A DNA stretch of 64,000 nt from Fidelibacterota bacterium (GTDB lineage: Bacteria; Fidelibacterota; Marinisomatia; SCGC-AAA003-L08; JACNLC01): contig JACNLC010000085.1 in the NCBI GenBank assembly GCA_014381725.1, forward strand, positions 12,569 to 76,568, given 5' to 3'. Shown one piece after another: positions 9,823 to 18,759 of the stretch. Both the position numbers and the translations under genes were made by a program. Under the pieces are notes generated by a model that saw nothing but the letters and a program-made list of their open reading frames with translations, had not been told where the DNA came from and searched no databases. The stretch's first letter is position 1; each line of letters starts with the position of its first letter.

Positions 9823-10203
9823 CTAAAACGGATAAGGGAGCAATTCATCAATAGTTGTAGTTTTGTAATTTGTTTGAGAGTTTCCAACATATAGTGGAAT
9901 ATTTCCAGCAAATTCACTGATAATTTGACGACACGCACCACAGGGCATTCCTCCGTCTTTAGTTACTATCGCCATTGCTTTAAACTTATTATATCCTTGT
10001 GCAATTGCAGAGAATATTGCCACTCTTTCTGCACATAAAGTTGTTGGATATGCTTTCGACTCGATATTGCATCCGTGAATGATATCTCCGTTTTCAGTCA
10101 ATAACGCTACACCAACAGGATATTTACTAAAAGGAGACACCGATTTATTCTGTGCCTTTAGTGCTGATTGTATTAATTTTTCGGGTTTCATCTTTTTAAC
10201 CAA
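9823..10203 (-). CDS. cdd: cytidine deaminase
   Basis: Zinc motifs CAERVAI and PCGACRQ. Length of 126 aa is typical of tetrameric Cdd. Confidence 0.85.
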   Translation of the reverse strand: MVKKMKPEKLIQSALKAQNKSVSPFSKYPVGVALLTENGDIIHGCNIESKAYPTTLCAERVAIFSAIAQGYNKFKAMAIVTKDGGMPCGACRQIISEFAGNIPLYVGNSQTNYKTTTIDELLPYPF

Positions 10204-10883
10204 TAAAATTTACCTCTAGAAATTACTAACATAAGCAGTCCACCTGCAACAAATCCTCCAATATGTGAAAACCACGCAACTCCGCCATCGCCGGTGCTAT
10301 ATAAATCTCCAATGCCATTTATTATCTGAGTGGCAAACCAAAATCCTACGACAACTACCGCCGGTAAAATTACCGGAAAAATAAATATTAATGTGTGAAC
10401 TTTCGCAGACGGATATTTTAACATATATCCTGCCATTATCCCAGATATTGCACCAGATGCCCCTACAATTGGAACAACAGAATCTCCCGAAATCCAAACT
10501 TGTGTTAATGTGGCGATTACACCACAAAGTAAATAGTATAAGATGAATTTTTTATGTCCAAGGATACTTTCAACATTATCGGCAAAAATATATAAAAATA
10601 CCATATTCCCCAGTAAATGCATAAAACTACCGTGTAAAAATAGTGAAGATACAGTTGTAATGTATGGATGAACCCAAGTTGAGTATCCCCAATTTTTAAG
10701 AGCCAAACTACCATCGCCTACTATATTATTTGGAATTGCAGAATAGTTTATCAAAAATGTAAAATAGGATTCTTGTGTTAACAGAATTTGATACAAGAAT
10801 ACTAAAATATTGATTCCTAAAATTGTCCAAGTTACATAAGGAACTAAAATTCGAGGATTGTCATCTTTATATGGAATAAACAT
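10188..10883 (-). CDS. rhomboid family intramembrane serine protease
   Basis: Six or seven TM helices. HGSFMHLLGNM motif, catalytic GASGAISG, and a downstream SHIGG His. Confidence 0.8.
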   Translation of the reverse strand: MFIPYKDDNPRILVPYVTWTILGINILVFLYQILLTQESYFTFLINYSAIPNNIVGDGSLALKNWGYSTWVHPYITTVSSLFLHGSFMHLLGNMVFLYIFADNVESILGHKKFILYYLLCGVIATLTQVWISGDSVVPIVGASGAISGIMAGYMLKYPSAKVHTLIFIFPVILPAVVVVGFWFATQIINGIGDLYSTGDGGVAWFSHIGGFVAGGLLMLVISRGKFYWLKR

Positions 10884-11107
10884 AGATTTCTTTCTTTGTT
10901 ATAACCACGAATATGCTAAAATTTCTTCGTGAAATTAACTGTTTATTTTACAAAATATGTACTTGATATCTGGTTTACATTCCCAACATTATCGCGAGCT
11001 TCAATTGTTAATAAATGAGTTCCAATTGGAAGGTTGTCATCAAATTCATAACTAACCAAATTTCGGTATGAAACATATTCGTGTATAATCGTTTGACCAT
11101 CAACTGT
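10876..11107. repeat. direct repeat copy A (duplicate of M23 gene 3' end, spacer and rhomboid start)
   Basis: Aligns base-for-base with 11507-11738 at an offset of 631 nt. I count 8 substitutions and no indels. Confidence 0.9.
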
Positions 11108-11230
11108 CCTGGCAACATCACTATAATAATTATTTCGAGCAGAATTTTGCTCAAACCCGCAATTGACGCAATATTTAGCGTCAATATTAAATTCAATTCC
11201 GCAGTGTTTAATACAGAGGGTTTCTTTGAA
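10943..11230 (-). pseudogene. start-less zinc-ribbon / Ig-like-tail fragment (chimeric remnant)
   Basis: Own translation of the open frame, 95 codons: FKETLCIKHCGIEFNIDAKYCVNCGFEQNSARNNYYSDVARTVDGQTIIHEYVSYRNLVSYEFDDNLPIGTHLLTIEARDNVGNVNQISSTYFVK*. It is bounded upstream by TAA, and no ATG/GTG/TTG precedes the CxxC..CxxC motif. The C-terminal ~55 aa are almost identical to the M23 protein tail. The track ORF 11008..11196 is in another frame. Confidence 0.45.
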
Positions 11231-11237
11231 TTAATTT

Positions 11238-11417
11238 CTATTTACTAAGCACAGATCCTAAATAATACGGCCATAGAATAAGTGAAAATAATAATTTCCA
11301 ACCAGTTATCTTAGCAAATCCTATGGTAAAGAGCCAACCAATAGCCCACAGACTCCCAGTACATTCAATATTTTTTGTTTTACAACATTTATTTTCATCA
11401 CGCTTATCATCACACAT
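11238..11417 (-). CDS. small Cys-rich two-TM membrane protein (59 aa), unknown family
   Basis: AAGGAG lies 6 nt upstream of ATG 11417; the track used the abutting TTG 11423. Product is MCDDKRDENKCCKTKNIECTGS followed by two hydrophobic helices. Confidence 0.5.
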   Translation of the reverse strand: MCDDKRDENKCCKTKNIECTGSLWAIGWLFTIGFAKITGWKLLFSLILWPYYLGSVLSK

Positions 11418-11506
11418 AATCAACTCCTTTTATAATCTAAACAACAAGTAATTTTAGTCACAGTCTATTATACAAATCAAGTAAGAACATTGAATATAAT
11501 GACACT

Positions 11507-11738
11507 ATAAACATAGATTTCTTTCTTTGTTATGACCACGAATATGCTAAAATTGCTTCGTGAAATTAACTGTTTATTTTACAAAAAATGTACTTGATAT
11601 TTGGTTGACATTCCCAACATTATCGCGAGCTTCAATTGTTAATAAATGAGTTCCAATTGGAAGGTTGTCATCAAATTCATAACTAACCAAATTTCTGTAT
11701 GAAACATATTCGTGTATAATCTTTTGACCATCAACCGT
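11507..11738. repeat. direct repeat copy B (genuine 3' end of the M23 peptidase gene plus downstream spacer)
   Basis: See copy A; same sequence at a 631-nt offset. Confidence 0.9.
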
Positions 11739-14348
11739 TATAGTAACATTATTTTCACCATCAATTCCAGAAAATGAATCTTTTACAAAAAATGACAGCG
11801 AAGATAAATTATTATAGGTCCCGCCAATGTCTGGAATTAAATCAATAAGTTCAGGTTTAGTATCTTCAGAAATTACGGCAAATATTTCACCTGATAATGC
11901 GGTTGTTGAGTAGAAATTATCAAGTTTTTCAGTTTCCATATAATACCATTTCTCTTTTTTTGTATCGTAGTAAAATATTCCAGCATTTTGGGATTCACTT
12001 ACCAATCCTTGGACATTAAATGTAATTTTAATTTTATCAGAATAAGGTATCAAATCCGGACCAATAAAGTATGGACCTAACACCATTTTCCCTTCTGGCA
12101 ATGTTGGTGATGATACTTTGTTTATCCAAACCAAAGTTGTATCAGAAAATGTATCTCCATCGCCTGAAACTGTTATTTTATCATCATCAAACGATAATTC
12201 AAACGAACGATTTGGAATGGTTAATTGACTATATAGGTTTGATTTGTAAACAAGGTCTGGTTCACCTAGATATCTTATAGAATATTCTGTAAACTCGGAT
12301 AATTCAGCAGGAGAAAATACTTGCGATGACAATACATTTTTACTACTTCTCTCTAATGGGAATTTTCGTAAAGTGTCAAAATTATCCAATAATAAATCAG
12401 CATTTCTACCACTAAATTCATGCTCGTGAAATTCCAAAATAATTCCGTGTTGATAGTGCATAATTTTTGGAGTCGTCTTCGGATTCAAAACTTGATTAGA
12501 GGAAATAGAAAAATACTGAGATTTACTTTGTAAACCGGAAGAAGCGTTTCCTATAACCTCAACAACTTTATATAAATGATTTGAGTTTTCAAAAGTTAAA
12601 ATACCATTTTCTATTGTAGTGATTATTGGATTCAATGTGTGATTATCATCGTATGGAGTAAGAAGAGTGATATTTGTATGTATTGGCTCTTCCGAATAAG
12701 TAGTTACATTAATTTGTTTTCCGCTGGGAGTTAGAGCGAAAGAAACATCCGGAACAGATGACAATGAAATCACTCCTGAAATCGAAACCAAGTTTTGTGA
12801 AAAGTCCCACGCTTCAATAAGAAAACGATGATATCCACTTTCTAAATTAGGTATTTGTCGAGATGCTTCATCAATAAATGACATTTGACTTGGATTCTCT
12901 GAAAACAGACGATAGAATTTCCCTTTGTTTTCTCTACGAAGCATATAATCACGATGATCATAAAACGAACTATTTTCTTCAAAATCAAAAATATTGAACT
13001 GAGTATTATAAATCAATTCATCATCAACAAACAAGTTCATTCCATACAAACCAAAATCAAAAGATTGCTTATCAATTTTATCTTTAATTTGGATTGCTAA
13101 TCCAAAATCACCTTGTACAGAAATTGTATCAGAAATGTGATAATTACTGTCGTTATTTTTTAGAATCTCTACTATTTTCGTTTGCGGAAACCCATCAATC
13201 AAAGTTTGTTTTTCTATTGGAATTATTGCTAAAGATTGTGGAATTGGTAATTTAGTATCAATAATATTTAAATTCGTCAGGAATGGATTTAGTGGATGGT
13301 TACTCTCATCTCGGATTTCAAAATGTAGGTGTGGACCGGAGATTCCACCTGTATCGCCTGTATATCCAATAATTTCTCCTTTCTTAACCGGATATTCATA
13401 TGGCTCAAAGTAGTGGTCAATTGTATAACTATTTTCTTTATTTTGAATAAATTTAGCAATTTGATTAAAAGTCGGTTTAAATGAATCCAAATGTACATAT
13501 ACTGCGATATTCCCATCTTCTAAACGAATGTAAAGAGCTTTCCCGTATCCCTTTGAACTTGTTCGAATTCGTTCTAAATAACCATTTTCAATTGCATAAA
13601 CTTCAAAACCGATTTTACCAAAAGTACGAATGTCTAGTCCAGCGTGAAACCACCTTTCTCGGAATTCGCCAAAAACACCCGTAATATATTCCCCCGAATT
13701 GCATGGCCAAATATATTTATTGAAAAACTGAGGGAGTTCTCTAACGGAATTGTCAATTGTACTTTCTTGTGTTTGAGTAATCTGCTCTGAATTTTCAGCT
13801 AATTTCAATATTTGTTTATCTAATTCTTGGATTCGCTTTTTATAGTTACTTTCAATTGCTCTATACAGTTTGTATCCCTTTATAAACTGATTCTTCATAA
13901 CTTTTACTTGTTTGTAATGAAACTGTTTTTTTAAAGTTTCTTTGGATAGCTCAACCATTTTATATTCATAATTAATCTGAAAATCATCAGACACTTCTAG
14001 CTCAATATTCTCCAAATTATTTACTTTACAAAATTCTTCAATCTGAATTTCATAATTACGGAATTTTTGAGCGTAAACAGTTTTTAACTTCTTAGTTTTA
14101 GACATTATCTCTTCGGCAACTACATTGTAAAATTCAGCTTTCTCAGCTTCATCTTCAATTGTTACAGCTATATCTTCATAGTTTAGAAGTTTTTTCACAG
14201 AACTTTTCATTTCTTGAGTTAAATATGGACTAGAATATAAAATTTGTGCAAAAATAATACACAATAATAACATAATCCACTTCAATAAATTAAGTTTTGT
14301 TGCAGGTGTATTTTTAAATTTTGGTGTATTTAACATAATATTTTTCAA
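11574..14348 (-). CDS. M23 family metallopeptidase (LytM-type) with N-terminal coiled coil and C-terminal Ig-like domains
   Basis: N-terminal membrane anchor. M23 motifs WFHAGLDI, GYTGDTGGISGPHLHFEIRD. C-terminal Ig-like pattern ITVDGQKI...LPIGTHLLTIEARDNVGN. Confidence 0.8.
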   Translation of the reverse strand: MKNIMLNTPKFKNTPATKLNLLKWIMLLLCIIFAQILYSSPYLTQEMKSSVKKLLNYEDIAVTIEDEAEKAEFYNVVAEEIMSKTKKLKTVYAQKFRNYEIQIEEFCKVNNLENIELEVSDDFQINYEYKMVELSKETLKKQFHYKQVKVMKNQFIKGYKLYRAIESNYKKRIQELDKQILKLAENSEQITQTQESTIDNSVRELPQFFNKYIWPCNSGEYITGVFGEFRERWFHAGLDIRTFGKIGFEVYAIENGYLERIRTSSKGYGKALYIRLEDGNIAVYVHLDSFKPTFNQIAKFIQNKENSYTIDHYFEPYEYPVKKGEIIGYTGDTGGISGPHLHFEIRDESNHPLNPFLTNLNIIDTKLPIPQSLAIIPIEKQTLIDGFPQTKIVEILKNNDSNYHISDTISVQGDFGLAIQIKDKIDKQSFDFGLYGMNLFVDDELIYNTQFNIFDFEENSSFYDHRDYMLRRENKGKFYRLFSENPSQMSFIDEASRQIPNLESGYHRFLIEAWDFSQNLVSISGVISLSSVPDVSFALTPSGKQINVTTYSEEPIHTNITLLTPYDDNHTLNPIITTIENGILTFENSNHLYKVVEVIGNASSGLQSKSQYFSISSNQVLNPKTTPKIMHYQHGIILEFHEHEFSGRNADLLLDNFDTLRKFPLERSSKNVLSSQVFSPAELSEFTEYSIRYLGEPDLVYKSNLYSQLTIPNRSFELSFDDDKITVSGDGDTFSDTTLVWINKVSSPTLPEGKMVLGPYFIGPDLIPYSDKIKITFNVQGLVSESQNAGIFYYDTKKEKWYYMETEKLDNFYSTTALSGEIFAVISEDTKPELIDLIPDIGGTYNNLSSLSFFVKDSFSGIDGENNVTITVDGQKIIHEYVSYRNLVSYEFDDNLPIGTHLLTIEARDNVGNVNQISSTFFVK

Positions 14349-14405
14349 TTTATTTAGATATTTAATATCAAATGTATAATCCTCATTCGTAAATTATCCA
14401 TATTT

Positions 14406-14951
14406 ATGGAATTTAATCTACTCAAATTACGGGCAAAAATACGGTATTTAACCTTAAGAGGCAAAATCGGAAAATTATCTTCTAGAATTGAGCTACCACA
14501 TTTTAATTTTCAGATGAAATCCATTTTGGTTTGCTTCCCCGTAGATGAAGCGTCATTTAGAGTTGCCTCTTATAGTTTAAGAAAATTCAACGAAACATCA
14601 TTATCCCATATCAACTTTATTTTTCTAGTTAAAGAAGAATTCAAAAATCTAATTCATTTCCCTCGAGGGCATGTAATATATTTCAGAATTGAAGACGGAA
14701 ATTTAGATGAACAAATTAGTTCTAAAATAAAATTAATCCAACAAAACAATCATTTTGATCTTGTTATTGATTTAAATCCAAATTTTCAGTTGGAAATTTC
14801 AAAATTAATCAGCAATATTTCATCACAGTATAAGATTGGATTTCGATCTAAACTATCTGACAAGTTTTATAATATACAATTAGATATCTCAAAAACAGGT
14901 TTTCTAGAGAGAGGATATCAGCAAATAAATTTAATGTTGGCAGAATTATGA
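14406..14951 (+). CDS. hypothetical protein (weak resemblance to the N-terminal half of GT9 heptosyltransferases)
   Basis: KSILVCFPVDEAS...DLVIDLNPNFQLEISKLISNISSQYKIGF loosely recalls the GT9 N-domain pattern. ATGA overlap with the next gene. Confidence 0.35.
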   Translation: MEFNLLKLRAKIRYLTLRGKIGKLSSRIELPHFNFQMKSILVCFPVDEASFRVASYSLRKFNETSLSHINFIFLVKEEFKNLIHFPRGHVIYFRIEDGNLDEQISSKIKLIQQNNHFDLVIDLNPNFQLEISKLISNISSQYKIGFRSKLSDKFYNIQLDISKTGFLERGYQQINLMLAEL

Positions 14952-16129
14952 ATATAATAGTTTTTGAAGATGATTTTTATCATCACCTTTATCCGTTTAC
15001 TTTAACACATGCTACTTTTGAAATTAGATGTGGGATATTTACGCACTTAGAACGGCTCCAAACATTGCTATCTGAAAATGATACTCTAACTCTTGTTGTT
15101 CGTCCTGAATTGAAGAATATTACAAAAGAAAGATTTCCTAAATACTTAGTAAATCCAGACATTGTAGAATCAGGATTTTGGCTAAATGGTGCTGTTTTGT
15201 GGACAAAAGAAATGCTAGCAAATGTAATGGAAAAAAGAAGTTTTAGTAATAACAATCGATTGGTTGCCTTTCATTCTGAAAATGATATTCCTTTTAATGA
15301 TGTTACTATTACAAAAGAAAAATCGAAATTAGTAACAAGTCAAATTAATGTAATTCTATTCGAATATCTTTGGGATGCAATTTTTCAAACTGGATCTCAA
15401 ATTATTGAAGATGTTAATAACTCATATTTTGGCAAGCAAGGTATTCCACATCCATCAGTAATTTTGGTTAATGAAGAAGAAATTTATCTAGCGGAAGGTT
15501 GCGGAATTGCTGCAGGGGTCGTTTTAGATGCAACTGAAGGACCAATCATAATTGACGAAAATGCATTTATTGATATTGGAGCATTGATAAAAGGACCAGT
15601 TTATATTGGTAAAAACTCGATTGTGAATCCTGGATGCAAACTAAGACGAAATATCACAATTGGCCCATATTGTAAAATTGGTGGAGAAATTGAAGATACA
15701 ATTTTCCAAGGGTATAGCAACAAACAACACGACGGATTTCTTGGACACAGTTATATCGGAGAATGGGTAAACCTCGGTGCCAATACGAATAATAGTGACC
15801 TGAAAAATAATTACAGTAATATCCGTTTTGAGTTGAATAGAGAAATTATTGAAACAGATCATCAATTTTTAGGTGTTATGATAGGTGATTACACTAAAAC
15901 TGGAATTTCGACCTCGTTCAACACTGGAACTTATTGTGGAGTTGGCGCAAATATTTTTGGATCTGGATTCCAAAACAAAACAATTCCATCATTTTCTTGG
16001 GGGAGTGATGGTCAAAAGATGGATTTAGAGAAATTTCTGGATACTTGTAAAATAGTGAAATCACGAAGGGATTGTCAGTTTTCTGCAGAAGAAAAAGACT
16101 TTTTTATAAAAATATATCATAAATCCTGA
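14948..16129 (+). CDS. putative sugar nucleotidyltransferase / left-handed beta-helix (hexapeptide) transferase, GlmU-like
   Basis: N-terminal MNIIVFEDD...LYPFTLTHATFEIRCGIFT is typical of the putative sugar nucleotidyl transferase family. The C-terminal half has hexapeptide-repeat character (IGKNSIVNPGCKLRRNITIGPYCKIGGEIEDT...GEWVNLGANTNNSDL). Confidence 0.55.
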   Translation: MNIIVFEDDFYHHLYPFTLTHATFEIRCGIFTHLERLQTLLSENDTLTLVVRPELKNITKERFPKYLVNPDIVESGFWLNGAVLWTKEMLANVMEKRSFSNNNRLVAFHSENDIPFNDVTITKEKSKLVTSQINVILFEYLWDAIFQTGSQIIEDVNNSYFGKQGIPHPSVILVNEEEIYLAEGCGIAAGVVLDATEGPIIIDENAFIDIGALIKGPVYIGKNSIVNPGCKLRRNITIGPYCKIGGEIEDTIFQGYSNKQHDGFLGHSYIGEWVNLGANTNNSDLKNNYSNIRFELNREIIETDHQFLGVMIGDYTKTGISTSFNTGTYCGVGANIFGSGFQNKTIPSFSWGSDGQKMDLEKFLDTCKIVKSRRDCQFSAEEKDFFIKIYHKS

Positions 16130-16202
16130 AGTTTTTTCTAAAAATACTTGCCCATATTTTGCCACTCAAGTATATTTCCTGCCCAATATTTCGGAGAAAA
16201 AT

Positions 16203-16604
16203 ATGAAATTTGAAGGTTTAATTTGCCCAATTTGCTCTAACCCTCTTGATGAGGAAAAATTATCAGAGAAATTGGAATGCCCAAAATGTGGTAAAAATCT
16301 AAAACAGAAAAAGTATTTAGCATTTCTTGAATTCTTAATGATGCATGGAATTGTAACAAATATAGATTTTTTCGATCCAAAACTGTACGGTGATGAAATC
16401 AAAAAAGGTCAGCAAGAAAAAGAACTTAAAGATGAAACTGATCCTGATGAATTTGAAGATAAAGCCGAAAAAATTGAACGATACGATGAAAATGTGGACC
16501 TCCAAGAAAAAACTACTGATGAAGAAGAGTTTAGAGACTGGGACGGAGTAGAAGAGGATTGGATAGAATTTAATAAAAAAAATGATGAAAAAAATAAAAA
16601 ATGA
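16203..16604 (+). CDS. zinc-ribbon protein with highly acidic C-terminal tail
   Basis: CPICSNPL...CPKCGKNL, followed by about 70 aa rich in E/D/K. Confidence 0.5.
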   Translation: MKFEGLICPICSNPLDEEKLSEKLECPKCGKNLKQKKYLAFLEFLMMHGIVTNIDFFDPKLYGDEIKKGQQEKELKDETDPDEFEDKAEKIERYDENVDLQEKTTDEEEFRDWDGVEEDWIEFNKKNDEKNKK

Positions 16605-16621
16605 TGATTGGAGAATGAAAC

Positions 16622-16942
16622 ATGGATAAAGAAAATAAAAAACCAAATCAACTTCAAATTGAACTGGACAAGGAAACTGCTCAAGGAGAATATTCTAATT
16701 TAGCAATTATTACACACTCTCCTGCAGAATTTATACTAGATTTTGCTCAAGTTTTACCAGGATTACCAAAAGCCAATGTGAAAGCTAGGATTATTATGAC
16801 TCCTTCACACGCGAAAACATTATTAATGATTTTGCAAGATAATGTTAGAAAATTTGAAGAAAAATACGGCGAAATAAAAATGGTAAAGCCAGGCGGACAA
16901 GGTTTTGAAGTTAAAGTACCTAAAGATACTTTACCTAATTAA
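16622..16942 (+). CDS. DUF3467 family protein
   Basis: GEYSNLAIITHSPAEFILDFAQVLPG...ARIIMTPSHAKTLLMILQDNVRKFEEKYGEI matches my recollection of the DUF3467 core. Confidence 0.6.
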   Translation: MDKENKKPNQLQIELDKETAQGEYSNLAIITHSPAEFILDFAQVLPGLPKANVKARIIMTPSHAKTLLMILQDNVRKFEEKYGEIKMVKPGGQGFEVKVPKDTLPN

Positions 16943-16950
16943 GCATTAAA

Positions 16951-16987
16951 ATTGAACAGAGGGGCAAGCTCCATTGTTCAATTTTTG
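16951..16987. terminator. bidirectional hairpin terminator between convergent genes
   Basis: ATTGAACA (16951-16958) pairs with TGTTCAAT (16975-16982). A T-run follows on the + strand and a T-rich stretch on the - strand. It overlaps the PAP2 stop codon. Confidence 0.45.
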
Positions 16988-17544
16988 CGTCGAGTTTCAA
17001 TCCACATCGTCCAAATAGTAGTTAGTCCAAAACCAAAAATGCATCCTAAAATTATTCCGGTTAAAACATCTGCTGGATAATGCACTCCAATATAAACCCT
17101 CGAAAATGATATAACTCCTGCAAAACTCCAAAAAATCAATTTATATTTCCGATAGATGTAAGAAAACACTATCGCAATTCCAGTGATATTTGCTGCATGA
17201 TTAGACGGAAATGAATAATGCTTTCCTCCTTTACCGCCTAAATGATTTACAACTTCAGTTCCCAGTGCAAACCAAGGTCTGTCTCGTAATTCAAATGATT
17301 TGATAAATCCCCCGGTTTGATCACATAGCAATATAATTAGAGGAATTAAAATAGCCAACTTCCAACGATTTGATTTATCTTTCACCATCAACACAATCCA
17401 CACAATTAGTAGTGGAATAATCCAATTTCTGGCATTGTCAAATATTGGCATTAACCAATCAAACACAGGATTGGACAACGATTGATTGATGAAATGAAAA
17501 AGGTTGAGATCGGCTGATTGTATGAAATTTATGAGAAATTGCAT
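16978..17544 (-). CDS. PAP2-family phosphatase (undecaprenyl-diphosphatase / lipid phosphatase type)
   Basis: PAP2 motifs KSFELRDRP, PSNH, SRVYIGVHYPADV. The start is moved to ATG 17544 because the track's TTG 17565 lies inside the upstream gene's terminator hairpin. Confidence 0.75.
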   Translation of the reverse strand: MQFLINFIQSADLNLFHFINQSLSNPVFDWLMPIFDNARNWIIPLLIVWIVLMVKDKSNRWKLAILIPLIILLCDQTGGFIKSFELRDRPWFALGTEVVNHLGGKGGKHYSFPSNHAANITGIAIVFSYIYRKYKLIFWSFAGVISFSRVYIGVHYPADVLTGIILGCIFGFGLTTIWTMWIETRRKN

Positions 17545-17547
17545 AAT

Positions 17548-17576
17548 AAGAAAAAGGGCAGTCAAAGACTGCCCTT
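17548..17576 (-). terminator. rho-independent terminator of the upstream OMP gene
   Basis: Perfect 10-bp stem, AAGGGCAGTC (17554-17563) with GACTGCCCTT (17567-17576), and a 3-nt loop. A T-run follows on the minus strand. Confidence 0.65.
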
Positions 17577-17596
17577 AAATCAATTAATGTACTAAA

Positions 17597-18493
17597 TTAA
17601 AAATGATAGGAAATACCAAACATCAGTTTTGAACCAGCTGTCTTCAATGGAAACATAACTTTAGTTTTAGAACCATCACCATATTCCGAATATACAAATT
17701 GACTCGAAAGCTCTTCAAAACCTTCTGCAAGTTGATAGTCAGTTGTTGTAGTTACGGGCGTAACACCATCTCCACCAATTACATCTGTGTCAAATTCACA
17801 TTCTCCATATTCTACGCCACCACCAGAACTATAGTTGAAGTTAAAACTAAGATTGTCATTAATTTTGCTTTCGAAACCTAAAATATACTCAACACCAGTG
17901 CCTGTTGTGCTGAATTCTAAAACACCCTGCCTGTCAAATGTAGCACCATAGTATGTGTCAAATAAGTCTGAATTATAATCAATGTATGAACCACTAAGAT
18001 CTAGCGTTAGTTTAGCATCAGCCACATAGTAACCGTAACCAAGTCCAGCATACACTTTACCTTTTTCAGTAACTGGTATATTAACACCCAAGTAGATTGG
18101 CATAGATGTAATAGAACCTTCTGTAGTTTGTTCTTTAATTAGCTCAAGACCCCCATAATCAAGTCCAGTATTTGTAACAGTATTTTCACCACCAGAAATG
18201 AGTGTTTCTGTACGATAATCAGCTCTCACAAAAAACCATCCAAAGTCATAGGTTGCATTTAATGAAAAATCAAATCCTAGAGTTGCTGAATTTGGACTAA
18301 AAACAGTAGTTGCCATACTGTCACTTGCTATTTCATCAGTCAAGTATCCTTTATTTTGGTCATAAAAATCACTTGATAAACCAAACATATCTGCTGTAAA
18401 ACCAGTGTTTACACCTATAGATAGTTTTGATAAATCAAATGATTGGCCAAAACCAAAAGACATTATTATTAAAACTACTAACATTTTCTTCAT
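17597..18493 (-). CDS. outer-membrane beta-barrel protein (unknown family)
   Basis: Signal peptide MKKMLVVLIIMSFGFGQ. Alternating amphipathic strands rich in G/Y/T. C-terminus ...FGISYHF, a terminal aromatic beta-signal. Confidence 0.55.
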   Translation of the reverse strand: MKKMLVVLIIMSFGFGQSFDLSKLSIGVNTGFTADMFGLSSDFYDQNKGYLTDEIASDSMATTVFSPNSATLGFDFSLNATYDFGWFFVRADYRTETLISGGENTVTNTGLDYGGLELIKEQTTEGSITSMPIYLGVNIPVTEKGKVYAGLGYGYYVADAKLTLDLSGSYIDYNSDLFDTYYGATFDRQGVLEFSTTGTGVEYILGFESKINDNLSFNFNYSSGGGVEYGECEFDTDVIGGDGVTPVTTTTDYQLAEGFEELSSQFVYSEYGDGSKTKVMFPLKTAGSKLMFGISYHF

Positions 18494-18648
18494 TTATTTT
18501 CTCCTTATTGTTATTAAATGAACCAATAAAGCTACGAGGAATAGCAAGTTTCAAACAAGTGAAATAATTAGTGTTTATGCTGTAAAGATGGGGTGATGGA
18601 AAGTGAAAGATATGGCAGTAAGCTGTAGGCAGGCTCAATCATAATTCA

Positions 18649-18759
18649 TCAATGTCTCCGAATCAGCCATCTACGGAGGGTAAGAACAAGTACCACAACT
18701 CCAATTACGGTAATCAAAACTCCCAAAAGACGAGGAGAAATTAGCTCGAGGAATTCCAT
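18649..18759 (-). CDS. candidate 36-aa single-TM micro-protein translationally coupled to the Fe-S oxidoreductase
   Basis: Own translation: MEFLELISPRLLGVLITVIGVVVLVLTLRRWLIRRH*. Its ATG overlaps the upstream TAA by 1 nt (TAATG). It is below the track's length cutoff. Confidence 0.3.
   Translation of the reverse strand: MEFLELISPRLLGVLITVIGVVVLVLTLRRWLIRRH

Noticed and set aside
11008-11196. 62-aa track ORF inside repeat copy A.
   Set aside because: It is in a different frame from the duplicated M23 tail. The frame that preserves ...THLLTIEARDNVGNVNQISSTYFVK is the biologically meaningful one. This ORF is a by-product.
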